From: Akkermansiaceae bacterium
GTDB taxonomy: Bacteria > Verrucomicrobiota > Verrucomicrobiia > Verrucomicrobiales > Akkermansiaceae
NCBI GenBank assembly: GCA_051251915.1
Contig: JBPOGF010000008.1
Span: 32,001 to 96,000, forward strand
Direction of reading: 5' to 3'
Length of the DNA stretch: 64,000 nucleotides
In this document: positions 21,091 through 29,763 of the stretch, piece by piece
How positions within the stretch are numbered: position 1 is the first letter of the stretch
How the letters are laid out: every line of letters begins with the position of its first letter
Notes under the pieces: model-generated
Databases searched by the model: none
Seen by the model: the letters and a program-made list of their open reading frames with translations, nothing else
What the model was told of the DNA's origin: nothing
Position numbers and translations under genes: made by a program

Positions 21091-22257
21091 TTAGAGAGCC
21101 TTCACAAATTTCTCTATCCTATCCATCGCCTCCACGATCTGATCCATACTCGTAGCATAGCAACAACGCAAGAAACCCTCACCACTCTTGCCAAAAGCAT
21201 CCCCAGGCACTGCCGCCACAGAAGTCTCTTCTAACAACCGCATAGCAAATTCCTTACTAGCCATCCCAAACTTCCGAATATCCGGGAAAACATAAAACGC
21301 CCCACCAGGAAGATGACAATCAATACCCATCTGCTGAAGTCTTCGAACCATATAATCCCTACGTTGATGATAAGCAGCCTTCATCTTCTCCACCGCCTTC
21401 GCCCCATTTTCAAGAGCTTCTATCGCAGCCACCTGACTCGTCATCGGCGCACAAAGCATAGAATACTGGTGAATTTTCATCATCGCATCCACCAGCGGAG
21501 CCGGCGCACAAGCATACCCCAGACGGAATCCAGTCATCGCAAATGCCTTAGAAAATCCATGCAGCAGCACACAACGCTCCTTCATCCCTGGCAGCGACGC
21601 AATACTCACATGCTCATCCTCACCGTAAATAAGTTCACTATAAATCTCATCAGTCAGCACAATCAAATCATGCTTGATACAAAGCGCCGCTATCTCCTCC
21701 AGATCCTCACGCGGCGCTATCGCACCAGTAGGATTCGTCGGGAAATTCAACATCAACACCCTGCTCTTAGGCGTAATCACCTTCTCCAATGCCGCCGCCT
21801 TCAGAGCAAACCCATCTTGCTTAGTAGTAGCCACAGGAACCGCCACCCCATGCGCCATCACAATGCTCGGACTATAAGAAACATAACAAGGCTCATGATA
21901 AATCACCTCATCACCTGGATTAATCAGCGCACGCAACGCCAAATCAATAGCCTCACTAACACCCACCGTCACAATCACCTCTTTCTCCGCAGAATAATCC
22001 ACATGAAAGAAATCAGACACATAACCCGCGATCAACTTACGCAACTTCACCAAACCCAAATTTGAAGTATAACTAGTCTGACCCTTCTCCAAAGAATAAA
22101 TCGCTGCCTCGCGAATATGCCAAGGCGTTGCAAAATCAGGCTCGCCAACACCAAGAGAAATCACATCCTCCCTACCCTGCACAAGTTCAAAGAAATCACG
22201 AATCCCCGAGCGAGGAACCGCTGCCACCTGAGTAGATATTTTCTTACTGTAGTCCAT
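21091..22257 (-). CDS. PLP-dependent class I/II aminotransferase (YugH/AlaT-like)
   Basis: SLGVGEPDF, NPTG, DEIY, GFSKAFAMTGFRLG; directly downstream of an Lrp regulator. Confidence 0.9.
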   Translation of the reverse strand: MDYSKKISTQVAAVPRSGIRDFFELVQGREDVISLGVGEPDFATPWHIREAAIYSLEKGQTSYTSNLGLVKLRKLIAGYVSDFFHVDYSAEKEVIVTVGVSEAIDLALRALINPGDEVIYHEPCYVSYSPSIVMAHGVAVPVATTKQDGFALKAAALEKVITPKSRVLMLNFPTNPTGAIAPREDLEEIAALCIKHDLIVLTDEIYSELIYGEDEHVSIASLPGMKERCVLLHGFSKAFAMTGFRLGYACAPAPLVDAMMKIHQYSMLCAPMTSQVAAIEALENGAKAVEKMKAAYHQRRDYMVRRLQQMGIDCHLPGGAFYVFPDIRKFGMASKEFAMRLLEETSVAAVPGDAFGKSGEGFLRCCYATSMDQIVEAMDRIEKFVKAL

Positions 22258-22269
22258 TTGATCAATAAA

Positions 22270-22755
22270 TTAAGGAGCTACAGAAAGTCTACCCTCAGGC
22301 TCTTCAACCTCAAACACAAAGCCATTCTGCTTATATGTCTTAAGCCTAAAATGAGTCGCTGTAGAAAGAACACCATCGATAGTACTTAGCTTCTCAGAAA
22401 CAAACCTCGCCACATCTCGCAAATCAGCTCCCACCACAACCACATTAAGATCGTAACCACCACTAATCAGATAGCACGACTCCACTTGATCGAATTTAGC
22501 AATCCGCATCGCCAACCTATCGAATCCACCACCACGCTCAGGAGTAAGCTTCACCTCAATAAATGCTGACACATCAGTATTACCAGACAACTCGGGATCG
22601 ATCACCGTCTGATAACCTAAAATAGTCCCGTTAGCCTCATATTCAGCCATCTTAGCTGCCACTTCCGCCTCGGTAAGAGAAAGTAAATCTGCAAGTTCCT
22701 GATGTGAATATCTCGCCTTCTGAGCGAGCAATGTAAGTAGTGGGTCAATTGCCAT
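22270..22755 (-). CDS. Lrp/AsnC family transcriptional regulator (YugG-like)
   Basis: N-terminal HTH; IEVK.TPERGGGFD, YLISGGYD, STATHF.LK.YK. Confidence 0.88.
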   Translation of the reverse strand: MAIDPLLTLLAQKARYSHQELADLLSLTEAEVAAKMAEYEANGTILGYQTVIDPELSGNTDVSAFIEVKLTPERGGGFDRLAMRIAKFDQVESCYLISGGYDLNVVVVGADLRDVARFVSEKLSTIDGVLSTATHFRLKTYKQNGFVFEVEEPEGRLSVAP

Positions 22756-22810
22756 GGCAGTGATCTATATTAAAATGTTTCAACTGTTAAGTTTTAAGTG
22801 AAGATAAAGA

Positions 22811-23263
22811 CTAAAATTTATCACCAGAACCCTCCCCACCCAATTCATCCAGAACTTTTTGCTGACTCCTCGCCATCTCAGCTTCACCCCTCTTCCTCGC
22901 TTTGATATTATAACCTAATAATGCGCATGGAAGATAGAGAAATAAACCTACAACCATAGAAATAAACCACACAAAGATGATGACTAAAATGAGCAATACG
23001 AGAGAAGGCCCAAGATCTATATCTGCTCTTAATGAAATAGCTATCGCCACAAAAATGGCACTAATTACACACCCAAAATTCCCCGCAGAATACCCATACC
23101 ACACATCCTCAGAGATTGATCTGAACTGAGCCCCTCCAAGTTTTTCATTCACCTTCTTAGCTGCAAAAAATGCTACCAGCATCCCCACACAAAAAGGTAA
23201 ACAAACGATCCAAAAAGGTAATGTCTCAAACAATTGCTCAATGATATCTAGCAGGAAACTCAA
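22811..23263 (-). CDS. Hypothetical membrane protein
   Basis: Three or four TM segments; TTG start overlaps the leuB stop. Confidence 0.6.
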   Translation of the reverse strand: MSFLLDIIEQLFETLPFWIVCLPFCVGMLVAFFAAKKVNEKLGGAQFRSISEDVWYGYSAGNFGCVISAIFVAIAISLRADIDLGPSLVLLILVIIFVWFISMVVGLFLYLPCALLGYNIKARKRGEAEMARSQQKVLDELGGEGSGDKF

Positions 23264-24378
23264 ACCTGCAACGCAGTAATAATCGCCTGCCCCATCTCAG
23301 CAGTAGTAGCAGTCGTCTCACCAGCAGCCCCAGTGAACAAATCACCAGTCCGCATCCCAGAAGCAATAGCAGCATTCACAGCCGTATCAACAGCATCAGC
23401 CGCCTCATTCTCTCCTAAAGAATAACGCAACAACATAGAAACAGATAAAATCTGCGCAATAGGATTAGCCACACCCTTCCCAGCAATGTCCGGAGCCGAA
23501 CCACCTGATGGCTCATACATCCCGAAATAAAGCCCATTCTCATTCTTCTGACCTAAACTAGCACTCGGAAGCATCCCCAGTGATCCAGAAATCATCGCCA
23601 TCTCATCAGAAAGAATATCCCCAAAAAGATTACCCGTTACCATCACATCAAAGCTATCCGGCTGCTTAACCAACTGCATCGCCGCATTATCCACATACAG
23701 ATGACTAAGCTCCACCTCAGGAAACTCCTTACTCACCTCAATACAAGTCTCTCTCCACAAAATAGAAGTCTGCAAAACATTCGCCTTATCCACAGAAACT
23801 AACCGCTTATCTCGCGCCATCGCAGCAGTAAACGCAACCCTACAAATCCGCTCGATCTCACTCTTACTATAGATCATCGTATCAAAAGCCACAACTTCAC
23901 CATTCTGCTCTTTCCTCCCCTTAGGCTGACCAAAATAAATTCCCCCCGTAAGCTCACGCACACATAGAATATCAAACCCATTCGGCATCAACTCATCCTT
24001 AACAGGAGATGCATGACGCAGCGCAGGAAGACATACCCCAGGACGCAAATTCGCAAACAATCCAAAATGCTTCCGAATAGGCAACAACGCCCCACGCTCA
24101 GGCTGATCATCTGGTGCTAAATCTTCCCACTTAGGACCACCCACTGAACCAAATAAAATCGCATCAGCAGCTTCACAAGCCTTCACTGTCTCCGCTGGCA
24201 GAGGTGAACCAACAGCATCAATCGCCGCACCACCCACAAGACACTTCTCTCTCTCAACGGTAAATCCAAACTTCGCGCAAGCAACATCCAGCACACTCAA
24301 TGCCTGAATCATTACCTCTGGACCTATCCCATCTCCTGGAAGAACTGCTATCTTATAATTGCGTGCTGTGCTTGACAT
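23260..24378 (-). CDS. leuB: 3-isopropylmalate dehydrogenase
   Basis: [49 protein letters not shown]. Confidence 0.97.
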   Translation of the reverse strand: MSSTARNYKIAVLPGDGIGPEVMIQALSVLDVACAKFGFTVEREKCLVGGAAIDAVGSPLPAETVKACEAADAILFGSVGGPKWEDLAPDDQPERGALLPIRKHFGLFANLRPGVCLPALRHASPVKDELMPNGFDILCVRELTGGIYFGQPKGRKEQNGEVVAFDTMIYSKSEIERICRVAFTAAMARDKRLVSVDKANVLQTSILWRETCIEVSKEFPEVELSHLYVDNAAMQLVKQPDSFDVMVTGNLFGDILSDEMAMISGSLGMLPSASLGQKNENGLYFGMYEPSGGSAPDIAGKGVANPIAQILSVSMLLRYSLGENEAADAVDTAVNAAIASGMRTGDLFTGAAGETTATTAEMGQAIITALQV

Positions 24379-24451
24379 GCCTACGACTTAACACCACTTC
24401 ACTAAATTGAGAATCCTTTTTACAAAAAAACACGGCATAAAAACAACGAAC

Positions 24452-24485
24452 AAAAAAAGAGCACCCACTTAAGGATGCTCTTTTT
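24452..24485 (-). terminator. Intrinsic terminator downstream of rpsU (bidirectional shape)
   Basis: AAAAAAAGAGCA ... TGCTCTTTTT inverted repeat with A/T tails. Confidence 0.8.
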
Positions 24486-24520
24486 CTTAAAGTCGTGACC
24501 TGAGATCAACCGAGAGGCAC

Positions 24521-24808
24521 TTATGCTTCAGAAGATTTAGTAGACTTAGCCGCTTTTTCAGCTGCTCTGTCAGCGGCCTTAGCTGCTGCTGTCGCGTCCT
24601 GTGTAGGACTTGTGTATTTAAAGCGTTGCTTCTTACGCTTAGATGCAGAACGGAGCTTACGCTTCGCACGTTCTACTGGTGTCTCGAATGCACGACGACG
24701 ACGCATCTCTTCAAGAATGCCTTCGTTGTCTAATAAAGTCTTCATGCGCTTGAGAGCGCGATCTACTGTTTCTCCTTTGTTTACTGTAACTCCTCGTAAT
24801 GATGACAT
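24521..24808 (-). CDS. rpsU: 30S ribosomal protein S21 with Ala/Lys-rich tail
   Basis: GETVDRALKR.K..LD.EGILEEMRRRRAFETP. Confidence 0.92.
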   Translation of the reverse strand: MSSLRGVTVNKGETVDRALKRMKTLLDNEGILEEMRRRRAFETPVERAKRKLRSASKRKKQRFKYTSPTQDATAAAKAADRAAEKAAKSTKSSEA

Positions 24809-24863
24809 AGTGATTTTAAATGTGTTTGTTATTTAGTTCCGAATGATTTCAGGTCGGGCGCGG

Positions 24864-24892
24864 ACGCTAAGCATTTTTACGATTGAAGTCAA
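24864..24892 (-). promoter_or_regulatory. sigma70-type promoter of rpsU
   Basis: TTGACT-17-TAGCGT followed by a GC-rich discriminator CCGCGCCC. Confidence 0.6.
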
Positions 24893-25021
24893 GCACCAGA
24901 AATCAGAAAATGCACTTTTCTTAAGGAATTCTCTCAAGGTGAAAAAATAGACCAGTTTTCGCTCATTTCTACATTGCCAGAATACGATAAATGAGCAGAA
25001 TAGCCTCACTAAATCATTATT

Positions 25022-27286
25022 ATGGCAGAAGAACGGTACGAAATACGAGGTAAAATAGGGCAAGGTGGAGTCGGTGCAGTTTACAAAGCATACGACACAC
25101 AGCTCCGTCGAGAAGTTGCCATCAAGAGAGTCTTAGCTGACGAATTAGACGAAGACAACGAAACTGCTACCAAGAACCTACTTAAAGAGGCCACCGCCCT
25201 TTCCTCTGTTCAACACCCTCACATCTGTACCGTTTATGATGCCGGCCTTGATGATGACGGACCATTTGTAGTCATGGAGCTCATCAACGGCAAAACGCTT
25301 GATGAAATGGTAGAGCGCGGCACACTCACCTACGAAGATTTCCGCGAAGTAGCGATCCAGACTCAAGAAGCCATGATCGCAGCGCAAGAACTCAACCTCG
25401 TGCACCGCGACCTTAAACCAAGTAACGTAATGGTTAGCTGGCTACCATCTGGAAGATTCCAGATTAAGCTAGTGGACTTCGGTCTCGCTAAATTTTCCGC
25501 CAAACCATCACTCCAAACCATCGACCACGGCGACGCCGTCTTCGGCTCCATTTTCTTCATGGCCCCAGAGCAGTTTGAGCGAACCCCGCTCGACCAACGT
25601 ACAGACATGTATTCCCTAGGCGCCATGTTCTACTACTCGCTCACTGGTAATTATCCTTTTGATGGAGACACCGCTCCCCAAGTCATGGCTAGCCACCTGC
25701 AAAATTCAGTCATCCCGCTCCAACAAGCACGCCCAGACCTCCCCGTCTGGCTCTGCGAATGGGTCATGTGGCACATTCAGCGTGACATGAATCACCGTCC
25801 AGACTCTGCTAAACTAGCTCTAGACAAATTCCTCGCAGACGAATCTCTCGCTGCCCAAGGAGGCATGGGCCAAACACAGCAACTCATCACCCCAGCAGCA
25901 CCACTCTTAAGAAAGAACACCACCGGACCAGTAGGCACTCAGCCAGCAGGCACCCTCACAGGACCGCTCGCAGTCCAACCAGCAAGGCAAGGAACAGCTC
26001 CTCAGCCCATCCTTTCTCCTGATGGAAGGCCCAATCCCAACACCTCCCCTACAGCCATTCAGCCAACCGGACATCTAGGCTCAGCACCTGTAAATATCAA
26101 CTCAGGATCAACCACCTCACATGTAGAAAATCCAGATGCGAACATTCCAGATTTTCATGCTCCACCCAAGAAACCCATAAATAAGACCATGCTGATCGTC
26201 CTCGGTTCCATGCTCGTAGTGGGTGGGATCATCTTAACATTATTCATTTCAGGAGCCAGCGAGGAAAAGAAACACCAAGAAACCTACGCGAGGTTAATCA
26301 AAGGCATTGAAGCAAAATTCCAAGCCAATGAAACTTTACCAGTAACCAGAGAAGAATTAGACAACCTTCTCACAAGCATGATAAAAACCTCCATCAAAGA
26401 CAAAATTGGCGGTTATTACGCCCTCAGTATTGCTGAAGCTATCGATGGCGAGTTCTCCCCAACTCTAGAAATTGCCAAATTTGCAACAACCCCAGGCCAA
26501 CCAATCACAGATGAATCAATGAGCCAGATCTTCCGAGCCATCGCACTCAACCCTAAGTTTGATCCAAAGGCCCATAAACTACTCCTAGATTACGCAATAA
26601 AGAACCCAAATAAGAAACAATCGGGTGAAGCCATCAAGAGAATGGAAAAATTTGCAGATGACAGCTATATCGATAATATCCTTAGCGTTTACGAAGTAAC
26701 CAACCAAATAACCACCCGCGCAAGTTGCGCAAACACCGTCGCAGCTATCGTCAAACGATCAAAAGCAAAGAACAGCATAGCGAGTAAAATCATCGCCAGA
26801 TACAACAAAGCCGTAGATATCGACATCAAGCTCGCCTACCTAAGACTACTTGGCAACACGGGCACTAAAGACGCCTTCGACATCCTTTACAAAGCACTCA
26901 ACAGTAAAGATATCCTATTCAGACTTTCTGCCCACAAGGGACTCTCCAGCGGTTCTAACATTGAGCCATTTGACGCCCTGCTCAAAGTCTACGTTGCTGA
27001 AACAAACGCCTCACACAAAAAGAAATACCGTAACAACCTCATCGACCTCCTAGAATCCAACATAAAAATCACTCCTGCAAAACGAAGTGAACTTTGGACT
27101 AAGTTCATCGAACAAACCCCCTCTCAAGCAGGCAAAAAACAGGTCATTGGAAGCGTTGCCACTAGTGAGAAATCTGCCTGGGCCACTAAGGTCCTAAATA
27201 CATCGCTCCAAAGCCCAGACCTCGATGATAAAATCAAGACCTCAGTTAAGAAAAAACTCGAAGAATGGTCTAAGAAAAGCAACTAA
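25022..27286 (+). CDS. Membrane Ser/Thr protein kinase (Hanks type) with extracytoplasmic HEAT-like helical domain
   Basis: GQGGVG, VAIK, HRDLKPSN, DFG, APE, DMYSLG; Pro/Thr linker; one TM helix; helical C-terminus. Confidence 0.9.
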   Translation: MAEERYEIRGKIGQGGVGAVYKAYDTQLRREVAIKRVLADELDEDNETATKNLLKEATALSSVQHPHICTVYDAGLDDDGPFVVMELINGKTLDEMVERGTLTYEDFREVAIQTQEAMIAAQELNLVHRDLKPSNVMVSWLPSGRFQIKLVDFGLAKFSAKPSLQTIDHGDAVFGSIFFMAPEQFERTPLDQRTDMYSLGAMFYYSLTGNYPFDGDTAPQVMASHLQNSVIPLQQARPDLPVWLCEWVMWHIQRDMNHRPDSAKLALDKFLADESLAAQGGMGQTQQLITPAAPLLRKNTTGPVGTQPAGTLTGPLAVQPARQGTAPQPILSPDGRPNPNTSPTAIQPTGHLGSAPVNINSGSTTSHVENPDANIPDFHAPPKKPINKTMLIVLGSMLVVGGIILTLFISGASEEKKHQETYARLIKGIEAKFQANETLPVTREELDNLLTSMIKTSIKDKIGGYYALSIAEAIDGEFSPTLEIAKFATTPGQPITDESMSQIFRAIALNPKFDPKAHKLLLDYAIKNPNKKQSGEAIKRMEKFADDSYIDNILSVYEVTNQITTRASCANTVAAIVKRSKAKNSIASKIIARYNKAVDIDIKLAYLRLLGNTGTKDAFDILYKALNSKDILFRLSAHKGLSSGSNIEPFDALLKVYVAETNASHKKKYRNNLIDLLESNIKITPAKRSELWTKFIEQTPSQAGKKQVIGSVATSEKSAWATKVLNTSLQSPDLDDKIKTSVKKKLEEWSKKSN

Positions 27287-27380
27287 CTACCACATAAATA
27301 ATAAAAAAATTTACAAATCGGTAATTTCCAACATTTTACCATTGTCAACACCACAACTAATAGTACAGAATACAACAGAT

Positions 27381-27812
27381 ATGAAGAAAATCCTAATCAC
27401 CGCGATCGCACTTATCACCACAGTCACCTGCTCATTTGCAGATATCCAGGCACCTCCTGGATCTACATACACATCCACTCGTAAACTTGGCAGAGCTATC
27501 AGCAACATCCTTTATGGAGTTGTTGAGATCCCTGAACAAATCGTTCGCAAGACCGATACATATGGACGTAAAGCAGGTTGGACATACGGAGCAGTTGACG
27601 GCACACGTAGAGCATTTAGCCGCATCGGCTATGGCTTCTATGAGCTAGTTACATTCCGTTGCCCTACATACCACGGCACTTTTAAGCCACCGTATGAAAA
27701 ATGTGGCACTGATGGAAACATCAGCATGAACGTGCATGACGGCCTATCTGAATTCCCACCTGAACTTGGCGCTGAGAGTTACTACTCACACGTAAGAGCA
27801 CAGAAATTCTAA
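27381..27812 (+). CDS. Exosortase system-associated protein (TIGR04073-like)
   Basis: Signal peptide from MKKIL; RKLGRAISNILYG.VEIP and G.YELVTF motifs. Confidence 0.78.
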   Translation: MKKILITAIALITTVTCSFADIQAPPGSTYTSTRKLGRAISNILYGVVEIPEQIVRKTDTYGRKAGWTYGAVDGTRRAFSRIGYGFYELVTFRCPTYHGTFKPPYEKCGTDGNISMNVHDGLSEFPPELGAESYYSHVRAQKF

Positions 27813-27847
27813 GGTCTCAGATACCATTATATAAACTATATTTCTTT

Positions 27848-27878
27848 AAGCACTCTAGCGAAAGCAGAGTGCTTTTTT
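27848..27878 (+). terminator. Intrinsic terminator
   Basis: AAGCACTCT ... AGAGTGCTT followed by a T run. Confidence 0.8.
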
Positions 27879-28009
27879 ACGCCTAGGCATCTGCCATAAT
27901 GGGTGAAAGCTTCGTCTCAAATCAATACTAGACATTCTTAAGATTTGATCCACATTCAATAACGTCCAAGTCGTGTTAAATACGGCATATAATCCAAACT
28001 TAAAAACAA

Positions 28010-28930
28010 ATGAATACCAAACAACTACTCATGTCTGCAGCCATAGGAACTGCAACAATCTTTGGTCTTAGCTCTTGCGGAGATAAGAAAGAATCTGAAT
28101 CAGAAACTAACACAGCAACTCCTGAAAGAGTCTTCGTTATCACCTCTATTCCTGATGATAAAATTTCCGATATCGACCTCAAATACCAAGCACTCGCTAA
28201 ATACCTTGAAGAACAACTCAACGTCAAAGTCGAGCACAGTGTTTCAAGAGATTATCCTGCTGCCGTCAATCGCTTTGCCAACAATGAAGTTCAGCTAGTT
28301 TGGTTCGGGGGCGTCACTGGTGCCCAAGCTCGCGCTAAAGTCCAAGGCGCAGAAGCCATCGCACAAGGAACTGAAGATCCTAAATACAAATCTTATTTCA
28401 TCGCCCACAAAGACACTGGACTTGAAAAATCAGATGATTTCCCATCAGCGATCGCAGACATGAAATTCACCTTTGGCAGCCAAAGCTCAACATCAGGCAG
28501 AGTAATGCCAGCTTGGTTCATTGAACAAGAAACAGGCAAGACTCCTGAAGAATTCTTCACACAAAAAATCCAGTTCCAAGGCTCAGCAAGTCACGTTGGC
28601 ACAGCTAAAGCAGTCCAGAGCGGAAGCGTTCAGGCCGGTGTCCTAAGCTACAAGACATATGATAAACTCGTAGCAGAAGGAACAATCGACCCATCAGTAG
28701 CAAAAATTATCTGGGTAACTCCAGACTACGCTGATTACAACTTCACCGCTCACCCATCACTCAACGAAACATTCGGAGAAGGCTTCATCAGCAAGCTCCA
28801 AACCGCACTCATCGAATGCAAGGATGAACAAGCACTTGCTGCCATCAACCGCTCAGGTATCATCAAAGCCAAAAACTCAGATTTCGATGGCATCGTAAAA
28901 GTAGCTAAAGAGCTAGGCTTCCTCAAGTAG
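28010..28930 (+). CDS. PhnD-family ABC substrate-binding lipoprotein, putative selenate clade (TIGR04553-like)
   Basis: Lipobox LSSC; TSIPD, LVWFGG.TG.QAR, FTFGS.SSTSGR.MP, W.TP.Y.DYNFT. Confidence 0.78.
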   Translation: MNTKQLLMSAAIGTATIFGLSSCGDKKESESETNTATPERVFVITSIPDDKISDIDLKYQALAKYLEEQLNVKVEHSVSRDYPAAVNRFANNEVQLVWFGGVTGAQARAKVQGAEAIAQGTEDPKYKSYFIAHKDTGLEKSDDFPSAIADMKFTFGSQSSTSGRVMPAWFIEQETGKTPEEFFTQKIQFQGSASHVGTAKAVQSGSVQAGVLSYKTYDKLVAEGTIDPSVAKIIWVTPDYADYNFTAHPSLNETFGEGFISKLQTALIECKDEQALAAINRSGIIKAKNSDFDGIVKVAKELGFLK

Positions 28931-28961
28931 TCACTCACTACTACATAGAATCTACCATCAG

Positions 28962-28995
28962 CATCCTTTGAGCTAACCCCTCAAAGGATGTTTTT
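28962..28995 (+). terminator. Intercistronic hairpin with U-tract (terminator/stabiliser)
   Basis: Perfect 11-bp stem CATCCTTTGAG/CTCAAAGGATG plus TTTTT, ending 2 nt before the next ATG. Confidence 0.75.
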
Positions 28996-28997
28996 CC

Positions 28998-29759
28998 ATG
29001 GCTAAGCTATTTCAACTCCGTAATCTCACCAAACGCTTTGGCTCCATCCCTGCGATTGACGATGTTAATATCGACATCGAACAAGGTGAAATAATTGCCC
29101 TCATTGGCTCTTCCGGCAGCGGTAAAACCACCCTGCTAAAGCTCCTCAACGCCCAGCATCTCGCCGACGATGGAGAAGTTCTACTAGCTAGCGAATCCAT
29201 AAAATCTCTCAACAGCAAGCAACTCCGCCAAGCAAGGAGCAAAATCGCCTTTATCCCGCAAGATCTAGGAATCGTAAGCAATCTCAAAGTCTTCCAAAAC
29301 ATCTTCCTAGGAAAAGTAGGACTCATCAGCACCGTCAGCATGCTCTGGAGATTCCTCTTCCCACCAAAATCCGAGCTACTCAAAGTCCACGAACTACTTG
29401 AACGAACCGGCATCTCAGAAAAACTCTACAGCATCACCTCAACCCTATCCGGTGGCCAACAACAACGCGTAGCAGTCGCCAGATCACTCTACCAAGGTGC
29501 CCACACCATCCTCGCAGATGAACCCATCTCAGCAGTTGACCCCGCCAGAGCACGCAGCCTCATCATGCTCCTCATCGAGATCAGCCGCGAAAACAACCTC
29601 ACCTTGATCATGTCGATCCATAACATCGAACTCGCTCAAGAATTCTTCCCCCGCCTCATCGGATTAAAACTCGGTAAAGTCCTCTTTGATAAAACCGAAG
29701 TCAGCCCAACCGACCTAGCAAATCTCTACCAACTTAGCGAAGAACAACTCGCGCAGTAA
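28998..29759 (+). CDS. PhnC-like ABC transporter ATPase
   Basis: GSSGSGKT, LSGGQQQRVAVAR, ILADEP, H-loop. Confidence 0.9.
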   Translation: MAKLFQLRNLTKRFGSIPAIDDVNIDIEQGEIIALIGSSGSGKTTLLKLLNAQHLADDGEVLLASESIKSLNSKQLRQARSKIAFIPQDLGIVSNLKVFQNIFLGKVGLISTVSMLWRFLFPPKSELLKVHELLERTGISEKLYSITSTLSGGQQQRVAVARSLYQGAHTILADEPISAVDPARARSLIMLLIEISRENNLTLIMSIHNIELAQEFFPRLIGLKLGKVLFDKTEVSPTDLANLYQLSEEQLAQ

Positions 29760-29763
29760 CACG

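Noticed and set aside
4220..22065. Long His/Pro/Leu/Arg-rich alternative ORFs (4220-4639, 5773-6225, 10921-11604, 12023-12451, 18390-18983, 21313-22065)
   Set aside because: They fully overlap well-supported genes. The C/A-rich + strand depletes stop codons in shadow frames, which explains their length and composition.
24833..25063. 76-aa minus-strand ORF upstream of rpsU
   Set aside because: Covers the rpsU promoter and overlaps the kinase start; no recognisable protein features.
28597..28613. TTGGCACAGCTAAAGCA sigma54-like match
   Set aside because: Lies mid-CDS, has a poor -12 element and no downstream start.
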